From: an uncultured delta proteobacterium
GTDB lineage: Bacteria; Desulfobacterota; Syntrophia; Syntrophales; UBA2185
Direction of reading: 5' to 3'
DNA: 64,000 nt
Assembly: GCA_963729715.1 (NCBI GenBank)
Contig: CAVSPA010000004.1
Span: forward strand, 160,001-224,000
The notes below the pieces were generated by a model. It was not told the DNA's origin. It saw nothing but the letters and a program-made list of their open reading frames with translations, and made no database searches. The translations under genes were made by a program, and so were the position numbers. Of this stretch, positions 1 through 10,665 are shown piece by piece; position 1 is the first letter of the stretch; each line of letters begins with the position of its first letter.

Positions 1-264
1 TGCCGCCCGTAAGGCGCCGCTCCATCGCGTTGATTTTTTCATACCTATCATGGAGCACTGATGCAAAGGGTTTAAGGAAGGGATCGCGGAGGATCATATT
101 AGCAGTGTGGTCGACTTTGCCTTTTTTCTTCATCGGGTGTTCCTGGCTATTATTGAGATAATTATCGCGAAAACCACTCTAGGCCTCTTTGAAAAAAAGC
201 GGAGGCGAGGGTGGCTGTTCAATTTCTTCTTTGACGGCAAACGTTCGGAAACTTGCGGTCACCC

Positions 265-1839
265 TTATTGCCTCCATCCAAGATCCAAGTCCATGGTCTT
301 CGGCGCTTCAATCGTTACCGTCATGAATAAGGACTTCTTTTGTCCTGCCGAAATATCCATATTCCAGGTCAGTGAGGAGGGAGTCTTCTCTGCAGGATCA
401 GGGTCATACTTCAGCGTCACTGTGATGCGTTCATCCCTGGACTGCGGATTCGGCTCCTGCACAAGGACTCTGACAGGGGAATTTCTGGAGTTCTGAATAT
501 CCGTGCGCCAATCCCAGGTGTATGTCTGTTTATCTTGCAGGAATGTCTTCTCACCCGATTTCTTGGATATTAGCTGCGTCCTTGCCGTGACAAGGGGATC
601 GATGCCAAAGAATATGGTCGCCTCCTGCCCGGCTAAGGCAAATGAACGTTTTCCCAAGATGGCGCCGTCGACGACATATAAACTGCTCCCCGCGGGAATG
701 TCCTTGGGTTCCAGAAGGTTCAACTTCGCCCTGAGAAAGACCTGGCTGCTCTGAGATGGCCTTGCCAGGTACGTGAATTCCGCAGGCCAGATCTCTTCCG
801 CAATCTTTACTTTCTGTTTCGCGCCCGCAGGTACGTTTTTCTTGCCTACCTGCCAGATGGAATACGTGGTCTCTCTGACCTGTTGGGCGCCTACGGGGGC
901 TTCCGCAGCGGGGGCCGCGGCTTCCATCTGGTCTGCGGCAGCAGCAGATCTTGACGACTTTTTCATGGCTCCTTCCATGCGGTATTGAGGACGGGGTTTG
1001 ATAATCCACGGCGTCAAGTCAGCCGGAGAAACGGAAGAAGGCGGCCTCAGAGTGGCTAAGTTGATACTCACATTTTTCCAGTCCTGGCCGGAACTCTGCC
1101 AGATTTCCGCTTCCCAGGTAAACGTTATCTGTCTATCTTTCGGTTTTGCCTCAAGACGATACAGGGGATGCCAGCCGCAGCCGGCCAATGAGTATGTGTA
1201 TGTGAGAGTCGCCTCGGAACCGCGCGAACCGGAAAGAACAACAGTCACCTCCCATGCGGTTTCTTTCGTTCCCGCAGCGCGGTCCAAATCATCCTGCACC
1301 TTCTTTATCTCTTTGTCGAGTTTTTCGAACTCGGCTTCTCTCGACAGTTTGTCCTGGTAGGCTTTCTGGATGTTCTTGCCGATGGCAGCAGACATATTGT
1401 AGACATCCGCCATAGTCTTTAACTTTGCTTTGGTCTGCAACTGCCAGAATTGAATCTGTGTATCCAGGCTACGGATCATCGCTTGAAGATTCTTCCGCGC
1501 GTCTTTCAGTTTCTCAAGCTGATTGACGAGATTTGCTATCTTTTCGTCGTTCTGGCGGCTCACCTGTCGCCAGTTTATATCATCGATTCGCATTTTCGGA
1601 TCATTGGCTATGCGGACTACTAGAGAATACGGATCGGCCTGTCCAGGGAGTATGATGAGGGCCTTCGCCTGTTCTGTTCCTTCGGGCAGAAGTTTTACTT
1701 TGGCAACTTCGGAAATCTGGGCAGAGCCGGGAAAGAACGTAACTTCGCGGGGAAGGGACCACGAAGTTACAGGCAGGCAGAGGACAAAGATGACAATTGC
1801 CGCCACACATTTCTTTGCAGAGATTTTCCTGTGAGTCAT
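265..1839 (-). CDS. Exported DUF4139/DUF4140 (mucoidy inhibitor MuiA-like) protein
   Basis: 524-aa ORF with signal peptide, EVTFFP N-terminus, coiled coil, WHPLYRL and QSSGQDW motifs typical of the family. Confidence 0.75.
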   Translation of the reverse strand: MTHRKISAKKCVAAIVIFVLCLPVTSWSLPREVTFFPGSAQISEVAKVKLLPEGTEQAKALIILPGQADPYSLVVRIANDPKMRIDDINWRQVSRQNDEKIANLVNQLEKLKDARKNLQAMIRSLDTQIQFWQLQTKAKLKTMADVYNMSAAIGKNIQKAYQDKLSREAEFEKLDKEIKKVQDDLDRAAGTKETAWEVTVVLSGSRGSEATLTYTYSLAGCGWHPLYRLEAKPKDRQITFTWEAEIWQSSGQDWKNVSINLATLRPPSSVSPADLTPWIIKPRPQYRMEGAMKKSSRSAAAADQMEAAAPAAEAPVGAQQVRETTYSIWQVGKKNVPAGAKQKVKIAEEIWPAEFTYLARPSQSSQVFLRAKLNLLEPKDIPAGSSLYVVDGAILGKRSFALAGQEATIFFGIDPLVTARTQLISKKSGEKTFLQDKQTYTWDWRTDIQNSRNSPVRVLVQEPNPQSRDERITVTLKYDPDPAEKTPSSLTWNMDISAGQKKSLFMTVTIEAPKTMDLDLGWRQ

Positions 1840-1860
1840 ATGCTCACCTCCAGAAACAGA

Positions 1861-3195
1861 TTAATTAGCCGCGATTAATTTAGCGATGCCCCTTACCTCT
1901 TGCATGATTGAAGGCAAATCTATCAACTGGAGCTTTCTGTCCTGCATAACGATCTTGCCTCCTATGATGCTTGTGTTGACATCTGCGCCGGAAGCGGCAT
2001 ATACAAGCTGTGAGTAGTAGCTGTGCATCGGCACCAGATGCGGTTTCCTCATATCTACTATGATAAGATCGGCCGATTTTCCCGGTTCAATGGAGCCGAT
2101 CCGGTCTTCCAAACCGAGACACTTTGCCCCGTTGATTGTTGCCATCTTCAAGACCGTTGTGGCAGCCATCACTGTAGAATCCATTTGGATGACCTTGTGC
2201 AGCTTGGCTGCGGTATCCATCTCTCTGAACATGTCGAGATCATTGTTGCTGGCACTGCCATCTGTGCCTAGTCCCACCGCGATACCTTTTTCGATAAGAA
2301 CAGGGATGGGCGCACAGCCGGCTGCCAGTTTCATATTGCTTTCCGGATTGTGGGATACCCTCACATTAGAGGCCTTGAGCATTTCCATTTCGTAATCTTG
2401 AAGCCAGATGCAGTGAACGGCAAGTGTCCTGTCATCCAGTATGTCTATATCCTGAAGATACTGGAGAGGAGTCTTGCCAAACTTTTCTCTGATGATTGCA
2501 ACTTCATCTTTTGTTTCTGCGACGTGGATGCTGTATAGCACATCTCCCTTCCGCGCGGCGGCCTTTACGCTCGTGAGGGTTTCCGGGGAACAGGTATAGG
2601 GTGAGTGACAGGCAAGAGCGGGTATAATCAGGGGAGATTTGAACTGCCATTTGCTTATGAATCTTTCTGCTATTTCGGCAATCTTTGCCGGGTCAGTCGG
2701 CTTGGGGAAATCGATGAATCCCTGTGAGACAACGGCTCGAATGCTGGAATCAAAGGCGGCGCGGGCGACCTCGCTTTCATAAAAATAGGCGTCGCAGAAG
2801 GTCGTCGTCCCGGAAAGAATCATTTCTGCAATGGCAAGCATGGCCCCGGCATAAACCATGTCTCTCGTTACGAATTTCGATTCGGCCGGGAATATGTGGT
2901 CATGGAGCCACTCCATGAGGGGAAGATCGTCGGCAAGCCCCCGGAAACAAACCATGGGAAGGTGCGTGTGGGTGTTGATTAGCCCGGGCATAACAATGCA
3001 GCCGTGAGCGTTGATGACCTTTCCTGCGGTGTATGAATTTCCGCCATCGATATTCCCGCGCATGATGAATACGATCTTCCCGTCCCTGATTCCGATTACG
3101 GGATTCTCTATTACATCCATGGCGTCCGACATGGTCAGAAGCGCGCCGCCTTCGATGATGATATCCAGTTCGCGATTGTCGGGAGCATTGTCCAT
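1861..3195 (-). CDS. mtaD: Amidohydrolase, 5'-methylthioadenosine/S-adenosylhomocysteine deaminase family
   Basis: MPGLINTHTH, FRGLADD, HVAET, HNPESNMKLA and GLGTDG..SNNDLDMF motifs. Confidence 0.8.
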   Translation of the reverse strand: MDNAPDNRELDIIIEGGALLTMSDAMDVIENPVIGIRDGKIVFIMRGNIDGGNSYTAGKVINAHGCIVMPGLINTHTHLPMVCFRGLADDLPLMEWLHDHIFPAESKFVTRDMVYAGAMLAIAEMILSGTTTFCDAYFYESEVARAAFDSSIRAVVSQGFIDFPKPTDPAKIAEIAERFISKWQFKSPLIIPALACHSPYTCSPETLTSVKAAARKGDVLYSIHVAETKDEVAIIREKFGKTPLQYLQDIDILDDRTLAVHCIWLQDYEMEMLKASNVRVSHNPESNMKLAAGCAPIPVLIEKGIAVGLGTDGSASNNDLDMFREMDTAAKLHKVIQMDSTVMAATTVLKMATINGAKCLGLEDRIGSIEPGKSADLIIVDMRKPHLVPMHSYYSQLVYAASGADVNTSIIGGKIVMQDRKLQLIDLPSIMQEVRGIAKLIAAN

Positions 3196-3197
3196 GG

Positions 3198-4526
3198 CTA
3201 ATTCTTGCTTAATTGTTTTCTGATTCGAATCGCTGTCTCTTCCACCGTCGCCATTATTTCGTCTTCGTGAATGGTGAGAAGTTTGCGATTCTTCATCACC
3301 ACCTTGCCGTTTATCAGGACCGTGTCGACATCGTCTCCATTCACAGCGTACACTATATGTGAATACTCATTGTACAGCGGAGTAAGGTGGGGCTTGTTCA
3401 TGTCAATAATAATAATATCCGCCATCATTCCCACTTTGAGAGAACCGCAAACGTTTTCCATGCCGAGCGCCTTGGCACCGTCACGGGTGGCCATGCGGAC
3501 CACCGTTTTCGTATCCATTACTGTTGGATCAAGCTTCGCAACCTTATGAAGTTTAGCCGCCGTATCCATTTCCTGGAACATGTCCAGATTGTTGTTGCTT
3601 GCGCAGCCATCCGTCCCTAGGCCGACGGTTACGCCGGCGCCTATCATTTCCGGCACGGGAGCCACTCCCGAAGCAAGTTTCATATTGCTCTCGGGATTGT
3701 GGACCACCTTGCATCCTTGGTTGGCAAACATCTGTATATCTTCTTCTTCCATATATACACAGTGAAAGGCAATGAATTGTTCAGAAAGATAGCCGATATC
3801 TTTTAGGAAGGATGTTGGAGATTTTCCGAACTTTGCTGTGAGTTTTTTCTTTTCTGACTTGGTTTCCAGATAATGAGTAGCTATGGGAACGCCATACCTG
3901 TCGGCAAGTCTTCCCAAGTCTCTAAGCAGGTTCAGAGAACATGTATAGAGGGCGTGAGGCTCAATAACAATATTCACCAGTCGATCACTTGCCCACTTCT
4001 CAATAAGCATTTCTGTGTATTTCAGACCTTCCTGCGGTGTTTTGAGGTTAGGGGACGGAAAGTCAAAGAGTGCCTCACCTAAAAGGCAGCGCATGCCTGC
4101 GGATTTTGCCGCCATTGCAACATCATCCTCAAATATGTACATGTCGCAAAAAGTTGTTGTTCCTGATTTAATCATCTCTGCACAGGCAAGCAGGCTACCG
4201 CGGTAGGAGAATTCTCTGTTTACAAATCTGGCCTCATCGGGAAATATGTAATTATTCAGCCAGTCCGTAAGTTCAAGATCATCTGCCAGACCCCGGAAAT
4301 AGGTCATGGGTGCATGATTATGACAGTTGATAAGGCCGGGCATTACCAGAAAGCCGTCTGCATTGATGATGTCTTCCGAAATGTACCGGCTCTCGATATC
4401 CTCTTTCCCTCCTACGGCGATAATTTTCTCTCCCTTAATCGCCACGGCGCCGTTCTTGATCGTGTGGTCATTGTCATCCATCACCAATATCGTGCCACCG
4501 GAAATCAGTCTGTCGACTTTCTGCAC
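3198..4526 (-). CDS. mtaD: Second amidohydrolase, MTA/SAH deaminase family (tandem paralog)
   Basis: MPGLINCHNH, HYLET, HNPESNMKLASG, GLGTDG..SNNNLDMF; GTG start chosen, ORF extends to 4544. Confidence 0.8.
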   Translation of the reverse strand: MQKVDRLISGGTILVMDDNDHTIKNGAVAIKGEKIIAVGGKEDIESRYISEDIINADGFLVMPGLINCHNHAPMTYFRGLADDLELTDWLNNYIFPDEARFVNREFSYRGSLLACAEMIKSGTTTFCDMYIFEDDVAMAAKSAGMRCLLGEALFDFPSPNLKTPQEGLKYTEMLIEKWASDRLVNIVIEPHALYTCSLNLLRDLGRLADRYGVPIATHYLETKSEKKKLTAKFGKSPTSFLKDIGYLSEQFIAFHCVYMEEEDIQMFANQGCKVVHNPESNMKLASGVAPVPEMIGAGVTVGLGTDGCASNNNLDMFQEMDTAAKLHKVAKLDPTVMDTKTVVRMATRDGAKALGMENVCGSLKVGMMADIIIIDMNKPHLTPLYNEYSHIVYAVNGDDVDTVLINGKVVMKNRKLLTIHEDEIMATVEETAIRIRKQLSKN

Positions 4527-4636
4527 CTTGCAGCCCCGTTTCAAAAAGATTCGCGTACGTGTGGGTTATACCATCCAATTAAAATCTTGACACGTTTTTT
4601 TAAAAATAATATGCATCTCCTCTACTTTCAAATCAC

Positions 4637-4724
4637 GCCTGGGTGGCGGAATTGGTAGACGCAAGGGACTTAAAATCCCTCGATACTTAGTATCGTGCCG
4701 GTTCGACTCCGGCCCTAGGCACCA
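4637..4724 (+). tRNA. tRNA-Leu (anticodon TAA)
   Basis: GCCTGGG/CCTAGGC acceptor stem, D loop, AGGGA-CTTAAAA-TCCCT anticodon arm, long variable arm, GGTTCGACTCC, encoded CCA. Confidence 0.97.
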
Positions 4725-4732
4725 GTCATATT

Positions 4733-4768
4733 AATGGCTTATGGATTCCACTCACCATAAGCCATTTT
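4733..4768 (+). terminator. Intrinsic terminator after tRNA-Leu
   Basis: Perfect 12-bp stem AATGGCTTATGG/CCATAAGCCATT followed by T residues. Confidence 0.7.
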
Positions 4769-4789
4769 ACTTAATCACTACGGGTTCAA

Positions 4790-4935
4790 TTCCCCGAAGC
4801 TTGCCCTCGGGTAGGTCATAGAGTCTTTGTCTGTTTCAAATAAACGCCTTAAAAGTAGTTAGACGAATTGACACTGAGAGAAACGAATAGAAGGGTTTTT
4901 GGCTTAATTCTCCTCAGCTTGCTGCGTGATTCTGA
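4790..4935. repeat. Degenerate REP/IS200-end-like palindromes (two copies)
   Basis: TTCCCCGAAGCTTGCCCTCGGG and TTCTCCTCAGCTTGCTGCGTG resemble the element at 26510-26562. Confidence 0.4.
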
Positions 4936-5004
4936 CGCAATTTCTCCTTTAATTTTTCCCTAAATGGTTCTATATTGCCGAACATTACATTAAGGGAGGA
5001 AAAA

Positions 5005-6306
5005 ATGCTGAGAGAATTTTTCCAACTCAATGAACTTGGAACAAATATAAAACAGGAGATTCTTGCCGGTATCACAACTTTTGTTACGATGGCTTACATC
5101 ATAATTGTTAATCCAAAAATACTTGAAGCTGCCGGTATTCCTTTTGGTCCCTCAATGGTTGCTACTATATTAACGGCATTTTTCGGAACTTTGACCATGG
5201 GCGTTTATGCGAAAAGGCCCTTTGCTATAGCACCTTACATGGGTGAAAATGCCTTTATTGCTTTTACCGTAGTAAAGGTTCTGGGTTACAGCTGGCAGAC
5301 GGCAATGGGGGCCATTTTTATCGGGGGACTCCTTTTTACGATTATAACAGTTATGAATATAAGAAGCTGGCTGGCGAACGCCATACCCGAAGGACTTAAA
5401 ATCGGCTTTATTGTGGGGATTGGTTTGTTCCTGACTTTCATCGGCTTGAATGAAACCGGCATCGTTTCCTTAGGTGTGCCGGGAGCGCCTGTCCACGTAG
5501 GCAATCTTAAAGATATAAAAGTGATCTTATCCATATTAGGATTTCTTCTCATCAGCTTTTTGATGATCAGAAAAATCAAAGGGGCGATACTTATAGGTAT
5601 TGTTGCCGTTACTTTCTTATCTTTTCCGCTGCAAATAATTGCAGTGCCTGACAGATGGATGAGCATGCCGCCCTCTCTCCTTCCCATATTTTTGAAGTTG
5701 GATATACTGGGTGCACTGACCTGGGGATTTTTCGCCGTCATCCTGACAATATTTGTAATGGATTTCGTTGACACCATGGGTACATTAATAGGATTGTCTT
5801 ACAGGGCAAATCTATTGGACGAGAACGGAAATTTACCGGAGATCGAAAAGCCGATGCTGTGCGATGCACTCGCCACGGTTCTTGCCGCGCTCTTGGGCAC
5901 GTCGACAGCAGGAGCTTATATTGAGTCGGCAACAGGTATAGAAGCAGGAGGCAGGTCAGGATTAACAGCCGTTGTTACTGCATTTCTCTTTCTCGCTGCA
6001 CTTTTTTTTGCACCGTTTTTCACAGTCATTCCTCCCTGCGCATATGGTCCTGCATTGATTATTGTGGGAATGCTCATGCTGTCTCCCATTGCAAAAGTAA
6101 ACTTTGATGACCTGACCGAAGTTGTTCCCATATTCTGCATCATTATTATGATGAGCTTTACTTATAATATAGGAATCGGTATGACCGCCGGTTTCGTGGT
6201 TTATCCTTTAGTGAAGGTCGTCTCCGGAGGATTTAAAGAAATCTCATCGGGGCTGTGGATTTTGGCTGGATTATCCGTGATCTTTTTTATTCTTTATCCT
6301 TATTAA
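5005..6306 (+). CDS. NCS2/AzgA-family purine permease
   Basis: EILAGITTFVTMAYIIIVNP, YIESATGIEAGGRSG, multiple TM segments; SD GGGAGG before ATG 5005. Confidence 0.9.
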   Translation: MLREFFQLNELGTNIKQEILAGITTFVTMAYIIIVNPKILEAAGIPFGPSMVATILTAFFGTLTMGVYAKRPFAIAPYMGENAFIAFTVVKVLGYSWQTAMGAIFIGGLLFTIITVMNIRSWLANAIPEGLKIGFIVGIGLFLTFIGLNETGIVSLGVPGAPVHVGNLKDIKVILSILGFLLISFLMIRKIKGAILIGIVAVTFLSFPLQIIAVPDRWMSMPPSLLPIFLKLDILGALTWGFFAVILTIFVMDFVDTMGTLIGLSYRANLLDENGNLPEIEKPMLCDALATVLAALLGTSTAGAYIESATGIEAGGRSGLTAVVTAFLFLAALFFAPFFTVIPPCAYGPALIIVGMLMLSPIAKVNFDDLTEVVPIFCIIIMMSFTYNIGIGMTAGFVVYPLVKVVSGGFKEISSGLWILAGLSVIFFILYPY

Positions 6307-6348
6307 CACATACAAATATAATATAGAGGAATTTCGTATGTGATATTT

Positions 6349-6885
6349 TTAATCTCCTTCAAATTCCGTGAGGAAAAAGACACTGTAGCCCCTGTCTTTT
6401 AACTTCTTGTAGCCGCCGACATCCAGGAGATTAACGATAAATGCCATCTCGGTAACAGTACCGCCGAGTTTTTCAATAAGTGCAGCGGTAGCAAGGGCTG
6501 TACCGCCTGTAGCAAGCAAGTCATCAACCAATAAGATTTTTGAGCCTTTTGTTATTGCATCTTTATGTACCTCAACCGTATCTGTGCCATACTCAAGCTC
6601 GTATTCGTGTCGCACTACCTCTGCCGGCAGTTTACCTAGTTTTCTAATGGGGACAAAACCCTTTCCCAGGGTATAAGACAATGCCCCACCAATAATAAAG
6701 CCACGTGCCTCTATGCCGGCTATAAGATCAAAATTAATATCACCCTTTATATATCTTTGTGTAAAATTATCAATAACCAGCCTGAATCCCACAGGGTCTT
6801 TAATTAGGGTAGTTATATCGCGGAACAGGATTCCCTTTTTAGGATGATCCTGTATAGTCCTGATTCTGGATTTTATAGGCATCAC
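6349..6885 (-). CDS. apt: Adenine phosphoribosyltransferase
   Basis: PKKGILFRDIT, GIEARGF, YELEYG, PRPP motif LLVDDLLATGGT. Confidence 0.95.
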   Translation of the reverse strand: MMPIKSRIRTIQDHPKKGILFRDITTLIKDPVGFRLVIDNFTQRYIKGDINFDLIAGIEARGFIIGGALSYTLGKGFVPIRKLGKLPAEVVRHEYELEYGTDTVEVHKDAITKGSKILLVDDLLATGGTALATAALIEKLGGTVTEMAFIVNLLDVGGYKKLKDRGYSVFFLTEFEGD

Positions 6886-6902
6886 AGTTGCTCCTCCTTA
6901 TC

Positions 6903-7667
6903 TTATTTTATGCAGACGTCGTCATAATTTCTGATTTTCGGTATTATATCTAAAAACAACTTTATAACATTGTCCGCATTTTTTTCCATGGTCTTCATTA
7001 TTATCTCCCATGTTACCGATTCCTCTCCCTCTCTCCAACAGTCATAGTCCGTAGACGTGGCAATTGATGCATAATGCATTTTTTTTTCCCTGGCAAGATT
7101 GACCTCTGGTACAGTGCTCATATTGATTACATCAGCATTCCAGCTTCTGAACATGTGACTTTCCGCTTTTGTGGAAAATCTTGGTCCTTCAATTGTAATT
7201 ACAGTTCTATTTTTATAAAATGGTATCTGCATTTGTCCTGCAGACGTTGAGCACAATTCTATAAGGTTGGAGCAAAAAGGCTCTGCCATTGGTGTATGGA
7301 CTACGACGTCTTCATCGAAAAACGTTGTTTCTCTTTTTTTTGTATGGTCTATGAACTGATTCGGAAATACAAGGTGTCCTGGTTCTATCTCTTCCCTCAG
7401 TGAACCTACCGCAGTTGAAGCAAGTATATGTGTACAGCCCTGTTCCTTAAGTGCCCAAATATTAGCTCTGAAATTAACCGCGGAAGGAAATATGGAGTGG
7501 TCTTTGCCATGTCTTGCAATAATGACAACTTCGACACCTTCGATCATACCACTCGTAAGTTGAGATGTAGGAAGACCATAAGGAGTTTCAACGTTGACTA
7601 GCACAGCTTTCTGTAAAATTGTCGGATTATCAAGTCCGGAACCTCCGATGATTCCTATCTTTACCAT
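6903..7667 (-). CDS. mtnP: S-methyl-5'-thioadenosine phosphorylase
   Basis: IGIIGGSG, ARHG, VNFRANIWALK, EGPRFSTKAES, TDYDCW. Confidence 0.92.
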   Translation of the reverse strand: MVKIGIIGGSGLDNPTILQKAVLVNVETPYGLPTSQLTSGMIEGVEVVIIARHGKDHSIFPSAVNFRANIWALKEQGCTHILASTAVGSLREEIEPGHLVFPNQFIDHTKKRETTFFDEDVVVHTPMAEPFCSNLIELCSTSAGQMQIPFYKNRTVITIEGPRFSTKAESHMFRSWNADVINMSTVPEVNLAREKKMHYASIATSTDYDCWREGEESVTWEIIMKTMEKNADNVIKLFLDIIPKIRNYDDVCIK

Positions 7668-7910
7668 AGACCACTCCCCTTATATTCAGTCACTTTCATG
7701 TTTTGGAAGTCTAAGGAAAAGGGGGTCGAGTGTCAAGAAATAATGAATATAAAAACTCACCCAATGATTCCAACTTATACAGATGTTATGAGAATTAGAT
7801 TTATTTGACGTCTAATCTTAATGCGACGAACTGTCCGGGAAGATATCAACTTTTATGCATAAATACATTTGCATTACAAACGGATCATTTCGATTTAAGT
7901 ATTTTCTAAT

Positions 7911-8912
7911 TCATGATGAAATACATGCTTGCGCGAAGAGACTGACATTCTTATCTTCGCCGAGAGCTATAAGCTTGTCTCCCTGTGAAATGACGTAACT
8001 TGCCAGGGGGTTGAATATCATCTGTCCGGAATCCTTTTTGACGGCCACAATAATCAGTCCGTATCGTTGTCTGATTTCTGATTCTTCAAGAGATTTTGTG
8101 ATAACCGGCGAGCCCTCTCCGATATCGATTTCCTCCATTCTAAGTTCGAGGCTCTGCCGCCTCGTTGTGATTTCTATGAAGTCGAGCATAGCCGGCCGTG
8201 AGATTGCCATGGCCATTCTCATTCCGCCGAGGACATATGGAGAGATGACGCGATCTGCGCCGGCTCTCAGAAGCCGATGTTCAGATTCGATTTCCTCGGA
8301 GCGGGAGAGTATGTAGATATCCGGGTTGAGCTCCTTTGCCGTAAGTATCACATAGAGATTTTGCGCATCGGAGGGAAGTGCAGAAACAATACCCCTGGCT
8401 TTTCTTATGCCCGCTGCAATGAGGGTCTTATCATGGATGGCATTGCCCTTATAATAAATGAAGCCCTCGTCTTCAATCTTCTGAATGATCTCCGGGTTGT
8501 CATCGATGACCACGAAATCGATTTTCTCTTGAGATAACTCCTTGCAAATCAGATAGCCGATCCTGCCGCATCCGCAAATTATATAGTGATTGTTAAGTCT
8601 CTTTATCATTTTTTCCAATTTACCTCTCCCCATTAGTGATCTGAAGCGTGCGTCCACCATGGTCTCTGTCAGAAGACCGATAGTATAGAGCATGGTCCCG
8701 ACGCCGAAAATAATCAGGATGACGGTGAAAATCCTTCCGATCGTCGTTTCAGGATAGAAATCGCCGTATCCAACTGTAGAAAGGGTTATAACTGTTGTAT
8801 AAAGGGAATCTGTCAGGCTCCATCCCTCAATGAGATGGAAGCCCAGCGTGCCGATCACAAAAATTGCGATTAATGCTAATGCGGCAATTCTTAGTTTTTT
8901 CGTTGGTATCAA
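7911..8912 (-). CDS. Potassium channel protein with TrkA-N/TrkA-C (RCK) domains
   Basis: TVGYGD selectivity filter, IICGCGRIG Rossmann motif, C-terminal TrkA-C. Confidence 0.9.
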   Translation of the reverse strand: MIPTKKLRIAALALIAIFVIGTLGFHLIEGWSLTDSLYTTVITLSTVGYGDFYPETTIGRIFTVILIIFGVGTMLYTIGLLTETMVDARFRSLMGRGKLEKMIKRLNNHYIICGCGRIGYLICKELSQEKIDFVVIDDNPEIIQKIEDEGFIYYKGNAIHDKTLIAAGIRKARGIVSALPSDAQNLYVILTAKELNPDIYILSRSEEIESEHRLLRAGADRVISPYVLGGMRMAMAISRPAMLDFIEITTRRQSLELRMEEIDIGEGSPVITKSLEESEIRQRYGLIIVAVKKDSGQMIFNPLASYVISQGDKLIALGEDKNVSLFAQACISS

Positions 8913-9270
8913 GCAAAACTCCCAAATTACAATTATGCATTAAGAAAAAGAACGGCAATGCACGATGAGTTATGGCGTGATCATCGCGACCAATGAGATG
9001 TTAATGCAATCCCAGAAAAAATTCAAACCAAATTCGGCGGGGCAATATCGGAACAACTAATTATCTCTCAAGACAAATGCATTCTCCGATGCAGTGATGA
9101 CTCAAACGGAATCTCTCATTATGGCACACATAATAAACTTATAAATTATGCCTTTCAATAGCATGAATTTCATTGTTACGGGGCATATATTGTGATATTT
9201 GCCAGGCGGTGATTGCTTTCAACACATGCGAAATTCTCAATAGGGCATATGTCGAGGGGTGAGGTTTGTT

Positions 9271-10656
9271 ATGGCATCCAAGGAAGTTAGTGTCCTGCGG
9301 GAGAAGCTGAACCTATATGAAGCCGTTCTGAATAATATTCTGAGCGGCGTAATAATTACTGATCCTGAAGGCTCCGTCATTTTCTTCAGTGAAACGTACG
9401 GTCGGTTTCTGGGGATGAATCCCCAAAAAAAGATTGGCAGGCATTGTACGGAGGTGATCGAAAATACACGGATGCATATCGTGGCCCAAACGGGACTTCC
9501 GGAAATCAACCATCCGCACCGCATCATGGGTCAAGATATGGTCGTACAGCGTCTCCCCATTGGGATAGACGGAAAACTGGTAGCCGTCTTCGGCCAGGTC
9601 ATGTTTGAGGATGTGAAAGACGTCAGTGTCCTGGCAAGCAAACTCAGCTTATTGGAATCAAAGGTAGAACTCTTTCAAAAGGAATTGGTGAACCTTAGAT
9701 CGTCGAGATATTCAATAAATAATATTCAGGGAAAGAGCAAGGTCATCACGGAATTGAAAAGATTAGCCCTGAAGGCAGCCACGGTAAATTCAACAGTATT
9801 GTTGATGTGAGAAAGCGGCACCGGCAAAGAACTCTTTGCTCATGCCATCCATGACGCCAGCGTGCGCAGACTTAATCCCTTTATCCGGATCAATTGCGCG
9901 GCGATTCCTAAGGATCTGTTGGAAGCTGAGCTTTTCGGGTATGAGCCTGGCGCCTTTACAGGGGCGACCAGATCGAAACCGGGGAAGTTCGAACTCGCAC
10001 ATCGCGGGACATTATTTTTAGATGAGATTACTGAACTGCCGTTGGAAATGCAGCCTAAGCTCCTGCGCGTTTTGGAAGACAGGGAGGTGGAAAGATTAGG
10101 AGGAACCCGCGTAACGAGATGCGATTTTCGCTTAATCGCCGCCACGCATGAAGATCCGGACGAACTGGTAAAACAGGGCAGATTCAGGGAAGACTTATAC
10201 TATAGATTGAATGTCATTCCCCTCAAGATAGCGCCTCTCAGAGACAGGAAAGGAGATATTTCCATACTGGCTGAGAATATTCTTGCGAGACTTGCAAGGG
10301 AGTTGGGAAGGACAGTAACGAAGATCTCAGGTGACGTGTTGAAGACCTTCGAAAACTACGACTGGCCGGGCAATATTCGCGAATTGTCCAACATTCTGGA
10401 GAGAACACTCTGCTCCATGGAAGGAGTCGAAGATACAGTAAGGCTCGATCATCTACCCGTCATATTTCAGACGCGGTCTGAAAGGTCTCCGCGACCGCAT
10501 TCCTCGTCACTGAGAAATATTAAGGACGTCTCGGAGAAAGAAGCGCTCATGCAGGCGCTCAACGCCTCGAATAACAACAAACAGAAAACGGCCCAAATCT
10601 TGGGCATACACAGGACGGCCCTCTATAAGAAAATGAAAAAATTTAATTTTTCTTGA
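9271..10656 (+). pseudogene. PAS-AAA+-Fis sigma54 activator interrupted by in-frame TGA (9808-9810)
   Basis: ORFs 9259-9810 and 9862-10656 share one frame; reads VLLM*ESGTGKELFAHAIH, then GAFTGA, FLDEI, WPGNIREL and HTH. Confidence 0.85.
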
Positions 10657-10665
10657 CAAAAAATA

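Noticed and set aside
1..51. Possible start of a minus-strand gene (MKKSTRWSGALRA) leaving the window
   Set aside because: Too short to support a call.
9808..9846. Selenocysteine or UGA=Gly recoding of the activator TGA
   Set aside because: The position is a conserved Gly, not Cys; the nearby hairpin loop (AACT) has no G; and many genes here end normally in TGA, so an alternative genetic code is excluded.
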